Source: Botryllus schlosseri
Lineage: Eukaryota
Reading direction: 5' to 3'
DNA length: 64,000 bases
Assembly: GCA_051294905.1 (NCBI GenBank)
Contig: CM119372.1
Coordinates: 11,596,001-11,660,000 of the forward strand
Positions 27,012 through 40,494 of the stretch are shown in pieces; the first letter of the stretch is position 1, and every line of letters begins with the position of its first letter. The translations under genes were made by a program, and so were the position numbers. Under the pieces are notes generated by a model. It had not been told where the DNA came from and made no database searches. It saw only the letters and a list, made by a program, of their open reading frames with translations.

Positions 27012-28633
27012 GGTCTGTGCATCCTTCGTATATGCTCTGACTAATTAGGCATTTGCTAATACACCGCACTCCAACTCCAATCCGACCAACCAATCCAAAA
27101 CGTCCGCCGTCGGAATGAGCACTCATCAGATACCTGCAATTTAAGTTACAACTGCCTGATATATTCCGACGTGAGATAAGCATCGCATGTCTATGTACAC
27201 AGTTCGTTCTACCGCTTGCGTTTGGTTTCATGACAAAGCCGCCGTCTACTGACTTGGCAAATTCAAAGACGCCATTTTGTTAACCTGGCCTCTCATGCGA
27301 TATGCAGCTCGTTGTTAATTCTATACAATCAGGTAGTATTGTGATATACACTGGAGCCAGTTTAGCAGATGCTACCACCATAATAAAAACTTACTGAGCC
27401 GCAATATTGTCGAAAGCGCGTATGGGTATGGGTAATCACGATCAAGATTATTATATGGGACACCGATCTCTGACTCATGTCTTTACTGAGGATATATTTA
27501 TTTGTTGTGATATTTGTGCGAGCATCAATCGAACGCCTGAATTTAGTAAACATCTGGAACATAATGCAAACAAATACAGTAGTCTAGATCAGTTACAGAT
27601 TGTCATTGAATTATTTCATGGACAATTAATTCGTGGCATTTCGATAACTCGTGAGTCATCTGTTTTTGCTGTGTTTGATATTGTCGCTAGCATCGGTATT
27701 TCGTGGCATTTTCGAACCATCTCACTTGGCGCGAATACGTCACAATATTAGTAACTGTATCGACACTACGGACGCGGCCCAGGCTTCGCCGGTCGTCACG
27801 CTTTTTTCGATGCTGCGGCTGACCCATGAAATAGAGCTGGGCATCAAGATGCGGCGTTCAAAGAACGCCAGGGCGATGGAATACAAGATTTTGCGGAGAC
27901 CGTTGGAGTTATGAGATATTTATTGACGGTGGCGTTTAAAATAACTTACCGTCCATTTTATCGTGATGGAGAAGGCGACGGGCTGATGTTATTACAGTAG
28001 ATTCGGAGACGTCGATCAATATTGAAGCGATGGAAAAATTTGTAAATTGTCAGGAGATAGCGGCAATACAAAAACGTCCTAAGAGGTATTTACGATGACG
28101 ATCATATCTCCGACACGAAAATAGTCTTCGGAGTTTAGGCCTCAGGCGTAAACACTGTAAGATTGCGCGCAGACATGAAGCGATCGGATTAGTGACAGGT
28201 CGGCAAGTGCTCGGTGTTATTAGTTCAAACAAAAGTTTGACATCGGAAAAATCATTCGTAAACTTATTCAAAAACTTCAAAACCCCATCGACGTGAAAAG
28301 GACACCGCAGCCCAAGCAATCCGGTGTTATGTCGAGCCTAGATGCGTTGTCACGTCACCGGTCAAGCGCAATATGTATAGCGGTAATGTAATTTGCGATT
28401 AGCCGAGATCGGCAATATCCGTGTGAATAATTCCCACTATCTCGCCGTCTGTTTACTGAGCTGCGTATCATGATATGCGATTTGGTTATTTTGATTATCG
28501 CGAACAGTTTATTGCCTCAATAAATTTCGTCAGCTAACAACAATCAGTCCGGACTCGCTACAATGCCATCGCGTTACCGTTATGAAACGGAAGGTGTTAC
28601 TTTTCGGAATTTCACTGAAAAAGTGGAATACCG

Positions 28634-29100
28634 TGATTGACAGCCAACAATGGCTACATCCAAAATATCCTACGTGAAGAAGTTTCCTTTTCGGTTTCAT
28701 ACGCAATAGTTCAAAATTTTGTATTACCACAAAATTCACCACTGTGCCATCCCTCGAATATTTAAGCAAACATTGCATTTGTAACATTTAAAAACATGGA
28801 AATATCCTATTTTTCTTCAGTACGGTGTAAAAAGCCATACCTCAAAATCGCACTCCTGAAGCTATATATCACTGATCATCACAGTGGCTTGGAAACAGCG
28901 TTCTGAGCTTTCTAAAGCAGTTAACCAACTTCTCCGCAAGTCCTACCAGCTCCCAAATGCCTACTAACCAACATATAAATGAGCTAATGTTACCATGATT
29001 GCATTAATGTAATCCTCGAAAACACCCTTTTAGTCATTATAAAGGGCGTTCGTCTCAAGAGACTGCGCCACGACAAACGGTTCAGAAGGTCATCCATCAT
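28634..29100. promoter_or_regulatory. Candidate Hox2 upstream enhancer: Pbx-Meis/Prep decamer, DR2 RARE and overlapping Pbx-Hox site
   Basis: TGATTGACAG at 28634-28643; GGTTCA-GA-AGGTCA at 29079-29092; TGATGGAT on the minus strand at 29092-29099. Lies in apparently repeat-free DNA 1.6-2.1 kb upstream of the ATG. Motif match only. Confidence 0.4.
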
Positions 29101-32100
29101 TCCGAGAGTGATCCCCAGTCGGTTACCGAAACAAACATGAAACAGTGCCCTTTGAAGCGCTTTCTATCAGCCACTCGGTTAATTTTTTAGTTCTGCCCCA
29201 CTTCGGAAGTGACCAACGGTTAAAACTCGCTGTTAAAAATATTTCTGGGAATTAGGGGATAGTCTGCGTTGACAGGTGGATGGACATGCGTGCTGAGCAG
29301 CATCTGATTATTTTCATATTGATGCCGCGTCCCAGCTTTCCAATATCGTTTCGACCACGGGGTGGAGAAGGACCGAGATAGAGAATCTAAAAGAAAACCC
29401 ACGAAGGAAACACATATTACCCGCAATAAAACGTGTCGTCGCGGTATAATGTCGATGTCACAAACACATTCGGATGTTCCGATTACATGTTCGTCTGTGC
29501 GCTAACTCAGCAATGCTATAAGATCCCGAATTTCGCTCATATGTAAGAAAAACTCGAAAGGACGTCTCATCGGAAAGTGTCCAATCGCATACTGTGATAA
29601 ATAAAGCCGTAGATGCCGTGAAAATGACAAATAGTATTCATCATGCTTCACGATAAATCCTGAGGACTCATCTATCGAAACACGGTACATAACCGGTCTT
29701 ACAGAGCACTTTCAACGATATTCTATAGTGTGTTTGATATGGGATGTATACCTGCCGGGATGGATTGAGCAAGACAACGTACGAAGATTGCGTGTCTCAT
29801 GCACGGCATCCCCTAATTGGCTATATATTATTTGATGATTGTTACTGGGATCAGTGGATCATCACAAAATATCATACTTGTACTAAATATCATGTCCATT
29901 TCCCCATAATACTGAATTCAACGATAATAACATCCAGCGGACCAGCTATTGAAAGAAACACAAGGCATGCATAATAAACGCGGGTCAGGAGTGTAGTACA
30001 TGAGACATCCAGTCACGTGACTCATAAGAACCCGATTTCGGGAACAATTGGTTTCATCTCGCGACATCAAATACTTCGGAATTACCATCGACCAAGGAAG
30101 TGTATATTGGTGCTAGTACGATGATGCATGCGATAAAACATTCGTGACCACTCTTGTTTCTGTGCAGACGCTTTGAACTTTCCGGCATCAGCACGAATCA
30201 TGCGATAAGATACCTTCCGACACGAATTCGTTCATATATTGAATTGTGCCCCCCGGCGTCAACAAATGTCGTATAGACGAATGGTAACGTACACCAGTCA
30301 TAAGCTCGGTATATCATGTGCACCTCTCCCTATGAGCCATGATTCAATTACGTGTACCACAGGTAACACATTCTCCTTCTCCCATCATAAATACTGCGGA
30401 TCAAAAATTAGGTAAATTCAAGGACGAACGATTCCAGATTACCACTGTTAGAGTTTATGGGGCTATAACCTATCCGGAATACTTCTATCGGAGATAAATT
30501 CTGATTAGTGTTTCAGGACTACAATTATACAGCTCATTGTTTAGTGTGAATCCGGTCTATGCTTTCACTAATGATAATTCAGATTCATGGAAAAGTCAGT
30601 TTCGAGAATTTCTACTTCAACATATTCAATATTTTGTCGTCTCGAAATATAAATATTTTCTCCGTATAGTTCAATCCGCACCGGTACGATAAATAATTAG
30701 AATCGTCGTAATAATTGCTATTTTAATCTCATGTCCATCGAAAGATGGTGCGGAAGTGTTGGTGGCGATACCAGTAAGGCCTTCTGCTTCATTTAGATTT
30801 AGTACGTACTGATAAATGCTTTCTTAAGTCACAGGTAATTAAGATACTTGGGCATGAGACTGCTCGCCGACATCGCCAACGCTAACAGTATATTCCCGAG
30901 ATACAGTGAAAGCCTGTTTGGGAATAGTGCTGGATGTGTCAATTTGTCTATATACCTTTTCGGTTTTTTTATCATTCTGGTGGACGCTCGTAATTTACCT
31001 TATTACTAAAATGAGATATTAAATTAAAAAAGTATGATCGTTTTAATACTATTTATAATGAGATCGTTTGGCAAGAACTTATATTCCTATATTATGAAGT
31101 AAAAAGATAATCGATGGTACCCTGTTGTGCGTCTGGAACACTCCCTATTGTATAAAGTGATCTTTTTCATTGGCAGTGGAGAAGTGGTGTGATATACTAC
31201 GACTACGAGTTATACTTTCTCGTGGTGAAATTGAGTTCATATGCATGCACTTAGTCAAGTTACTCAAGTATTCATGGACTATAGGACTATACTTGCACTC
31301 TTTCTTGAAAATGTGTTCGGCACAAGCGGCTGAGCACCTAGCTAGAAATATTTTTGAATTTGTCGAGTGGAAAGCAGCGTTTGGTTATATTTGCACCAAT
31401 TTTACAAGTGATGTTGTCACTTACAAAACCAAACGATTCATTTACTCTTGCACGGTATCATGCCATAATTCTAAAATATTTTTGTGATTTTCTTGATTGC
31501 ATCAACAATTTTGCGTTGGTCACGAAGATGCATCTTGCAATGCTCTTCCTCTATTCAACTGAATTCAATTCGCAAATAATATCGATACTAATAACAGTGA
31601 TTGTTGGTGCATAAAAATCCTATTTTATTTATTACTAGTAATCGTTTGGCAAGAACTTATATTCCTATATTATGAAGTAAAAAGATAATCGATGGTACCC
31701 TGTTGTGCGTCTGGAACACTCCCTATTGTATAAAGTGATCTTTCTCATTGGCAGTGGAGAAGCGGTGTGATATACTACGACTTATACTTTCTCGTGGTGA
31801 AATTGAGTTCATATGCGCATGCATTGTACCAACCAGGGCCGTGGAATCGGTAAATTTCACCGCCGACTCCTACTCCAGACATTATCAATAGACCGACTCC
31901 AACTTCGACTCCGATTCCCGAGTCTCTAAACGCACTGACTCCGACTCCAGCTCCGACTCCTACTATTTTCCTCACATAACTCCGACCCCGACTCTAACTC
32001 CTACTCCAACAGCAATACAGATTTACTTCGAAAATTATATGCCACAGTGATGGCTTAAATAGCTTCTTGGACGTACAGAACTTCAATATACAATTAAATA

Positions 32101-32145
32101 GTATATTCATATTGAAATGAACCCGAACATTTTCGGCTGACACTC

Positions 32146-32517
32146 GTCGAATATATGTGCCACTGTGATTGAGGCTACGTGGGGAGAATGTCAAAGCGTC
32201 TGCAGGAACGCATAAACCAGCATGTCCCCAGATTTATCAGAACACGTGCATCAGGCTCGGTGAAAAGCTCACCCTTAACTCATCCGCTTAAGCTTGATGC
32301 TGACCGACCAAAGGCCAATAATTCTGCCATCGGCAAACATCTGTTAGATAATCCGATTTGTGCGAATAATTCTCGAGACTACAGATTTTGCGTCGTTGGG
32401 AGGGGCCATTCACACTTCCATTTGTGTGCCTTGGAGTCGACTTTTATTATCAAAATACACCAACCCAAACTCTGCCAACAAAAGGAGTTCGTGTACCACC
32501 TAAAAATAGTACATTGA
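32146..32517 (+). pseudogene. Penelope-like retroelement GIY-YIG endonuclease fragment
   Basis: VEYMCHCD*GYVGRMSKRLQERINQHVP..SAIGKHLLDNPICA..LCALESTFII..PKLCQQKEF is typical of the PLE C-terminal GIY-YIG domain. One in-frame stop; no RT visible. Confidence 0.8.
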
Positions 32518-32552
32518 ACGCTCTCTCATTCGAAATTCCATGCTGGTGACGT

Positions 32553-32925
32553 TAGGCTTACCATACGTCCTCTTTTAAGAAGATTTGTCCTCTTTTTTGA
32601 CTTTTTTGAAAGTGTCCTCGGAGGACGCCCTTTTGTCCTCTTTTTTGAGATTTTGTCCTTTTTTTAAAAATTTAGGTCAGATTTAGAGGAAATTGCGAGT
32701 GATATGCCGCAAATTAGCGCAGAAGTGAAGCTCCGGCGGGTATTTCGGAGGGAAAAGCGGTGATTTTAGCTCTGAGCGAAAAGAAGACCTTTTTTTTATT
32801 TTTTAGTCAACCGATCACGAAGTGGGAAAAATTTACCGGTTTTTGAGAATTCTTCTCCAGTTTTGCATGTCTGAAATTTCTGAAAAAGTGTCCTCTTTTT
32901 ACATTTCCAAAATATGGTAAGCCTA
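32553..32925. mobile_element. hAT (Blackjack-like) MITE, inverted relative to 121-558
   Basis: TAGGCTTACCATA / TATGGTAAGCCTA termini, perfect TSD GGTGACGT. Confidence 0.9.
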
Positions 32926-35900
32926 GGTGACGTCATATTTTGTGATACAATTGCTGATATACAATGTTTTTTCCAATTATCTGCTAGTTGCTGGAGATTA
33001 CCCCTGAGGAGTGTCAGCCGGAAAATATTCGGGTTCATTTCAATATGAATATACTATTCCCGTGATGGTTTAATGACTGTCATATCACCATTAAACATAA
33101 ACAAACATTCATTCCTTTATTGTTATGTTATAAACTTTTATAACTTCGAAAAGCTTAATATGCGTGAATCATTCAACCATGATGAATAATTAAAATGTGG
33201 ATTGAAACAATAGAAGTGTAGCTCTTGTGTATGAGTCAGCAACTAAAACATAGATATACAGATTTTCTCACTACACACTATAATGATGAAAAGCACACAC
33301 ACTCTCTCTACTGATGCACGGTGGTCACAAACGAAATTTATGGAGAAGTTAAATAGCATATGTCTACATGCACGTAGTCAAGTTACTCAAGTATTCATGG
33401 ACTATAGGACTATACCTGCACTATTTCTTGAAAATGTGTTTGGCTCAAGCGGCTGAGCACCTAGCTAGAAATATTTTTGAATTTGTCGAGTGGAAAGCAG
33501 CGTTTGGTTATATTTGCACCAATTTTACAAGTGATGTTGTCACACACAAAACCAAGCGATTCGTTTACTCTTGCACGGTATCATGCCATAATTCTAAAAT
33601 ATTTTTGTGATTTTCTTGATTGCATCAACAATTTTTCTTTGGTCACGAAGATGAATCTTGCAATGCTCTTCCTCTATTCAACTGAATTCAATTCGCAAAT
33701 AATATCGATACTAATAACAGTGATTGTTGGTGCATAAAAATCCTATTTTATTTATTATTAGTAATTATAAGAGACCTTTGAAAGCTCTTGTTTTCATATT
33801 AAAGAAGTTGGAATCGAAGTCGGAGTCAAGAGCATTTTCAAAAACTCAGACCCTGACTCCAGCCAGTATTTTTGTCACGACTCCGACTCCAAGGAGTGCT
33901 AAAAATATTTGAGACTACGACTCCAGTAAGGGGGACATTAGTGAAACTCCATAACCCTTGTACCAACTGTTCTACACTCTCCATCGAGGAAGAGTGTTGT
34001 GAATAACCAGGACGAACCACCAATTATGAAACCCACACCGGTATATTTATTACTAAATGTATACCGTTGAAGGGTGCTTCGTCGAGATTTCCAACCTGGG
34101 CGCTGGTGTAAATAGCCACGCCTCTGTCGCCACAAGACTACAATTCCATTCAACAAATTTCGAGCAATGAAAACAAAAAGTTATTTACAATGCATTTGGA
34201 CCATTGTTGCGGTAGCAGAAGAAGCAGGTCATGCGGCAGCCTATGTTATGCGCAAAGGTTCTCTAATAGGTACCAAGTATATATGATGGTAAACTTCAAA
34301 CCCCATATTATACCTGCCATCGTCGGTTATGTGTGAATCAGTGCCGCGCCCCAACCTCTTGCGATAACAGTGATAAGAATAGCTTGGTTGTTGCAGAAAC
34401 TAGACTGGATGTTTTCTTATTTATTGCACTATTCACTGACACAGAAAATAATCTTTGGTTTGATCTTGTAACATCAGGTCTGACCAAAAGCAATCAATTT
34501 TCATGACAGATCTTTCTCTGGATAAACGCCTGTGACATCATCACGAATAACAACTCTCATGATTTCTATATGCGGCAAGAAGGATATATGAATGACCTTA
34601 TACTCACATTGTTAGCAGTCCCAAATTTATTATTTCAAAGATAAGTTCGGCACGACAACGAGCAGGAGCCAATACATAAGAAGACGCATACCGCCTATCG
34701 ATATCGATATTGAAATAGTTTTTTCTCTGAAAAATATTTTTGTTGCGGTTCTGTTGTGCACTAATTTCGGAGTCCAGTTTGAATTGAGAAATTACCAATC
34801 AAATGCTATTTCGCGAAAGGCCAATTATGTTACAAGTAGAAATAGTATTCATTTCGGAAAATTCGTGCCGAAGTCTCGTAGTTATCCATATCAAAATTAC
34901 AACCGAGTCACCGATAGCAATCAGCAATATATAGTCTATTCTATCGTAAATAATAAGGATTCGAGCATAGCGATAAAATCGGCGCAAAGGATCACCGTTA
35001 AAGCTTTAGTGGAATATGTATATTGTATAAACAAAGTGAACCATACCATACTTTCGGCGAATTCAAATCCTCCAAACAAGAAGAGTGACGTAGTTCAGAT
35101 TTATCCATCTCTACAATTCGTCTGAATTGTGCCAAATCAATGTAGAGGCACTCCAGTTGTAGCGACTTGATCCAGAGTGGATTCCGCTTCTATTCTGCAG
35201 TATCAGTAACTCAAACCACTAAACTGTGATCGACACTATTCCAATGTTTTAAATCGAAGGTAATTCCAAGTCAGAGATGCGCTTGTATAGAGCGAACGTG
35301 CGACTACCGTGACATTTTCCTCGTGAAAAAAGTCCGTTTGCTTGACAGGATCGTGCTAATGATGATATATGGCCAAAATAAGATTGATGAAGTCGTAGCA
35401 CCACCTGTTCAGAGTAGCCTCCCAAACCCTGTCCCAGGCGCCGATTTTTCAGATAAGTTAGTATTAGGGGGATTAGGATACATCTAAAATAATGTAAGCA
35501 ATCCGCAAGTAATTTACAAGCGATTAGTTCTTGAATTTCAACAAGCATATCTCAGTTCGTAGTTGGTGCAATACATATGTTTAGTTCGTACTGCAGTAAC
35601 GCAGTGGTCTGGTTGATATCACACTCACGCACAGACTCTTATATATCGAATTAAATGCACAATAACACAATCATTATCACTGCGTTATAGATACGTAGTT
35701 GGTGTTTGTATATGTATACCTTATAATATATATCTCTAATTACCTCGTAGCAATATTATAAGGAAACACCGCCCGTGTTATTCATCATCTTTGTTTTTGG
35801 ATTTTTAATTTTATATACAAGCCGTGTGCAATGCGTGTAGTTCTATTGTGCGACATACCGCAGCTTCATTTACGTAAGTATACACTACATGCAGCCTATA

Positions 35901-38900
35901 AATCCAATAGGCTGCATAGCTTATAGATCAGTGTTGACTCCACCAATAAGATGTTCAAATACACCGGTGTATAAATATCACTGTACCACATCTGATCCAA
36001 CTACCGAACCTAGCTGTCATTCAATTATGGAAGTGATGATCTTATTAATCAGGCGATAAAATGTGCATTCACGCGGCGTATGTTTGCTCTCTCCAGAGTT
36101 CACCAAGAGTTGACGAAGGTTTGCTCAAGTGACCGCATTCCCCAGCGTCACTCACCCAGCGATGACGGGCGGTCGCTCCATTCTTAATCAATCAAGCCAA
36201 TCGCCCCGCGGTGGACTGTCTCCGGCTGGAAATGCCGGTATTCATCGAATGCCGCGAAAAACACATCGATGATTTCGAGCTGAGCCTACGCTTTACGATA
36301 CATGCAATCTAATACGAATTGATACTGTAGGGCTGAGTACTATTGTGCCTACTTCGTAAATGGTATCCGATAGAAATAATGCATGTCAGGAATGAATTAC
36401 AGCAGTAGTATAGCCCTTGTACAACATATTCTCTAAACCTTAGCAATAACAGCATAGCATAACTGAATTGCTTTTGGTAAAACGGCCTCATCCTTGTAGC
36501 GATGCAAAGCCTTGCTAATAGGTGATTGTTGCGGAAAACAAACCCGTCCTACTTCAACTGCACGCTTCTTGTAACTGCGCAGTCCGAAATCTCTTTTGAA
36601 ATACAATTTTCGCGGATGACGGATCGGATACTCCATCATTCCCAAGCACCACGGATCATTAAAAAGCGATATCTTGCGGAACCAGTGATGGGCTAATTAG
36701 ATTTTAATGACATCATATAGCTCAGTATCCGTCACCTGGAACTTAAGCGTTTTGCGGTGATTTTGTCAAATCCACTAACAGTGTCAGGAAGCCTTCGGTA
36801 ATGTTTTGTGAATAACATACAGAAAAGACGTTCTCATGGATAGCAAGTTTAATTTGGATCAACCCTTCCTTCCAAAGTAATAATTTGTGGCCAGTAGGTG
36901 ACATTTCGGAATAGATGCTATTTGGTGTTTCTCGCAAGGATAATGCCAGAGTGTTTGCTCGTAGTAACGCCTACAAAGCGATAATCGAATATTGATGAGA
37001 TCCGTTGTATCAAAATACTTCATCACATCTAGTTTTAGGACCAACGATGTTATTCCACACGCCGACACTTTACTTCAAACGTCTTTCCCACGTCGTCAGA
37101 GAGTCATACATCATATTTTTACGGCTTATTCACAACGGGAGTTCGATCGATCACTTCGCGGGGAAGTAAGTGGGGAATATGCTGAACGATTCCATTGAGC
37201 TTCACGGTTTTGGATCAGTGGGAATCGGGGTGTTGATTGATGCAAAATTGAGCGAGTAGACATGTATGTATAAGAGCACATAAATAGTGCATTTCAGAAA
37301 GCTAAACTCGTGAAGTAATACCAGTATATTTTATGTAGGGTGACTGATTAAAGCTAATCACACGTGTCATTCATCGGTTTGCGCGTTCATTTTTTGCATC
37401 AAGCACACCAATATATACCATGACGTCTGCAAATCCAAATCATTCTTTGCATTGGAGCTACAAATTCGTACCCCAATTCCACAACCATTTATTGAGTCAT
37501 GTTCAAATCAATTTCCAGAAGTTACTTTAACTAGTTCGACCAAAGTGGGTTGCAAATACGATATCATTCTATCAGAAAATCCGGCTTCCCATAAATCGAA
37601 AATCTAAATCTGCACCGGGTCAAGATCAGATAAGTTGACTGGAAGGCACCTATTCGGCCGTTAAACGTGGTGGCGACTATACGTAAAAGTTAGAAAGTCG
37701 AAACAAGGACGTCTTTCAGCGCAAAGAATCTGTATCATATTCAATATTGAGAAATCAAACAAATAAATTATTACAGTTGACAGGCCGAATCTATTTATTA
37801 AACCTAAATCATTCCTCACAGGAAGAGTGTGAACGAAACGCAAATCTTGCAAGCTACACATCGTGAAACATGACGCAATCACGTATCGACTGCCAGAATC
37901 GACACATAATTTACGATCGCTTACAGTTATGAACGACATATAGTATCAAAGGGACCAGGTAGTACATGGTCAGTATGCCAGGAGGTGTAAGGTGTTGGAT
38001 ATGGGCACGTCACGGTGATTCACGGTGAGAGTATAATGAAAGTCAGACATACGCGTTGTAAACATGTACGGTGTACGCCAGTACGGCTGTGATGGTCTAA
38101 CAAGATTTAAGTTTTACACAATAAACTATATCATAAATTATGTCATGCTTTGGATATCTGATGATGCGAGACACTACAAGTTATTAATGAGTGGATGGGT
38201 GAAAGAAAATAAGGAACAAAGGTCATTGGGTATAGTCTTGTTATACGCTGGTCGGTGAAGACGATTGACATTTATTTGGATGATTATATAAGGTAATACA
38301 GCATAAATCCGATAATCCCTTACAATATTATAAAATGCAGCAGCGTAATTCCCCGGAAACATCACGGAATAGGCAGCTGCCATGTGTTCCGCCTCATTTG
38401 CCTAATTCATTACTTATAAATATCCGCTGGTTATATTCTTGACTTGAGGTTAATCGCAATTTGTAACACATATCTTTAAAATTGATCCCTCGATACAAAA
38501 ATGCGGGTTCTACATTAAATATTTCCGAAATGGCAGCCAATTTAGAGAGCAGCACAAATGACCGCACTCACTCAATGAGATGCAGTAGCAGTTATATTGT
38601 CACAATAGTTTGAATTCACGATTGGTTATTGAATAGGGCGACTGTTTTGTTAAATATTCGATATGATGTTAATTATTAAATGCATTTTCAGTGGAATCAA
38701 AATTTCGCTGTCACAAGGCGTGATTTAAGGAATATGTGATTGTATTTGTATAAAAGTCATGGTCTGTGCTTTCTCTGTAATATGTAGCACCAAGTACCAT
38801 AGTTGGTCAGTAGCAAAATACTTCTACTTTTTCGAAGTACTTGAGTAGGTTTTCTTTAGAAGCACTACTCACCCAGGAGTTATTTTTCATACTGCTCCCA

Positions 38901-39021
38901 ATTCTACTTTTACCGTACGCAAACCTGCTGACCTTTTACACTTTGGATTTTTTGAAGTAGAAAGTAGTTCAAGAAACATTGTTATAACAACTGGGCGAAA
39001 TGGCCGCTGTATCACTGTAGC

Positions 39022-39520
39022 CTTGGTGTTCCCAACCTTTTTAACACCGTGGTCTCGTTTAAAAATTGTAGTAATCAAAACCCCTCTATTATTCAGCCTA
39101 ATGATACATTCAAGAACTGTTATTTTAATTGAAAACTTGTAGAAACAGTAATCGGTAGTTACAATAATAAAACCATACGAATACAACACACAATATTCAG
39201 TTAATGCGGTGGTTGAGCCTGTTTTCGCTCTGACGATGTCTGGATTGCTGGTTTCGTAGTGGAAAGAGGTAAGATATTGAATATCCAAGATACTGCGCTG
39301 CTTTATCGGCAGAATTAACTGTTGAAAACCCACATTCACAACGATATGTTAATAGAAAGGCAACAGCAATGGCATGGTAATTTGCTGCACTATATACCGT
39401 ATTAGAATTTCCAATATACGATTTTTTATTTAGTTGGTTCTATTTTATTACATTGGTCAAAATTTATGATATATTTTTTCGTTTTTCTTTGGCCCATAGC
39501 CCACAGGTTGGGAAACCCAC
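39022..39520. mobile_element. Degenerate Charlie-like MITE
   Basis: GGTGTTCCCAACCT / AGGTTGGGAAACCC termini flanked by CTGTAG-containing repeats. Confidence 0.5.
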
Positions 39521-40494
39521 CTGTAGACCAATATATTTTCGAAAATGGAACATATTGGTATAGTGTCTTCAGACGCGTTTGTTAGTCGCGAAGATGCATG
39601 TAGCAATTTCTAAAGTAGCTATGTCTCTGATTATTATATGATAGAAGTATGCGAGCCCTCAATCTCAACTGCTTTTTGAAACTATACTCACTTGAGTATA
39701 CTATCCAGACCTTCATTCTTCACGTCCTACCCGTAATTGAGTGAACATTTACGACTGAATTATTTTAATAATGTTAGCAGTTGTGTTGCGTTTACAATGA
39801 AAATGCATATCACGCATATATATTTGAAACAGGTAGACTTTGTTTGAAATATTTTTTTGTCATAACCATGTGTAAAATAACATCTAAAATTACAATATTT
39901 GGTACATTTGCGTGCCTGTGCACAACATTGCATGCTCAAAAATTATGCTATACTTGTATTCAAGTAATATTTTAATGCAAAGAAATCATAAATTCATACA
40001 CGGTACGCTGAGCTGCATTTAGCAGCAATTGCATGACTTTCGCGCATTAACGTCAAAGTATAATCCGTAAATAGGTCATATTTCGCCACAACCGGATCAA
40101 GTATAGCCTATACTGTAGGCATGATTCCAAAATACGTCGCAATGATAAATTGCTTGAGAAAGCATAGGTGCATCGGAAATGCACCGGGATTAATTTCATG
40201 TACTCGTGTCCCGATTCGGATATACGGGCACAATTATCAAATGTGAGTATAACATATAATTACCAACTCAATGTGTCAGGGAGTAGAATTTACTTTTTTG
40301 CAATTTTGACGTGGATTTAATGAAAATAGTACATCACAATACGGAGAAGATGCCTCATCACTATATTGCATTGACAGTGGCATTTAGAAATGAAATTCCA
40401 CTTATATTTGTAGCAATGTTACATGCCGTCGAGTTGTTCTGCATGGCTGACAATGACAAGTATAGAATAATGGTTTCAAGTTACATACTGAAGT

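Larger units (their letters stand above)
31063..33765 (+). repeat. Local tandem duplication with an internal 1.55-kb indel
   Basis: 31063-31249 recurs at 31641-31823, and 31244-31642 recurs at 33367-33765, both with only scattered substitutions. Confidence 0.9.
31834..33925. mobile_element. GACTCC-repeat hAT-type element (left end clear, right end degenerate)
   Basis: Starts CAGGGCCGTGGAATCGG followed by many CCGACTCC repeats to ~32008. Matching GGAGTC/GACTCC cluster at 33809-33925. Confidence 0.55.

Noticed and set aside
31118..31125. TACCCTGT, matching the 5' end of miR-10 (also in the duplicate at ~31696)
   Set aside because: Only the first 8 nt match, no hairpin seen, and it is on the strand opposite to Hox2. 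No miR-10 call.
31170..31614. Paired ORFs repeated at 33368-33737 that look like a duplicated gene
   Set aside because: Product of a recent non-coding local duplication; no protein features or splice structure.
31860..32008. Regularly recurring CCGACTCC units (and AAGTAG units at 5002-5787) suggestive of a CRISPR-like array
   Set aside because: Short subterminal transposon repeats with no constant repeat-spacer geometry; eukaryotic context and no cas genes.
37130..37198. GEVSGEYAERFH resembling the Chapaev GAVSDEHGERFH motif
   Set aside because: Too short and no other transposase motifs nearby; may be chance.
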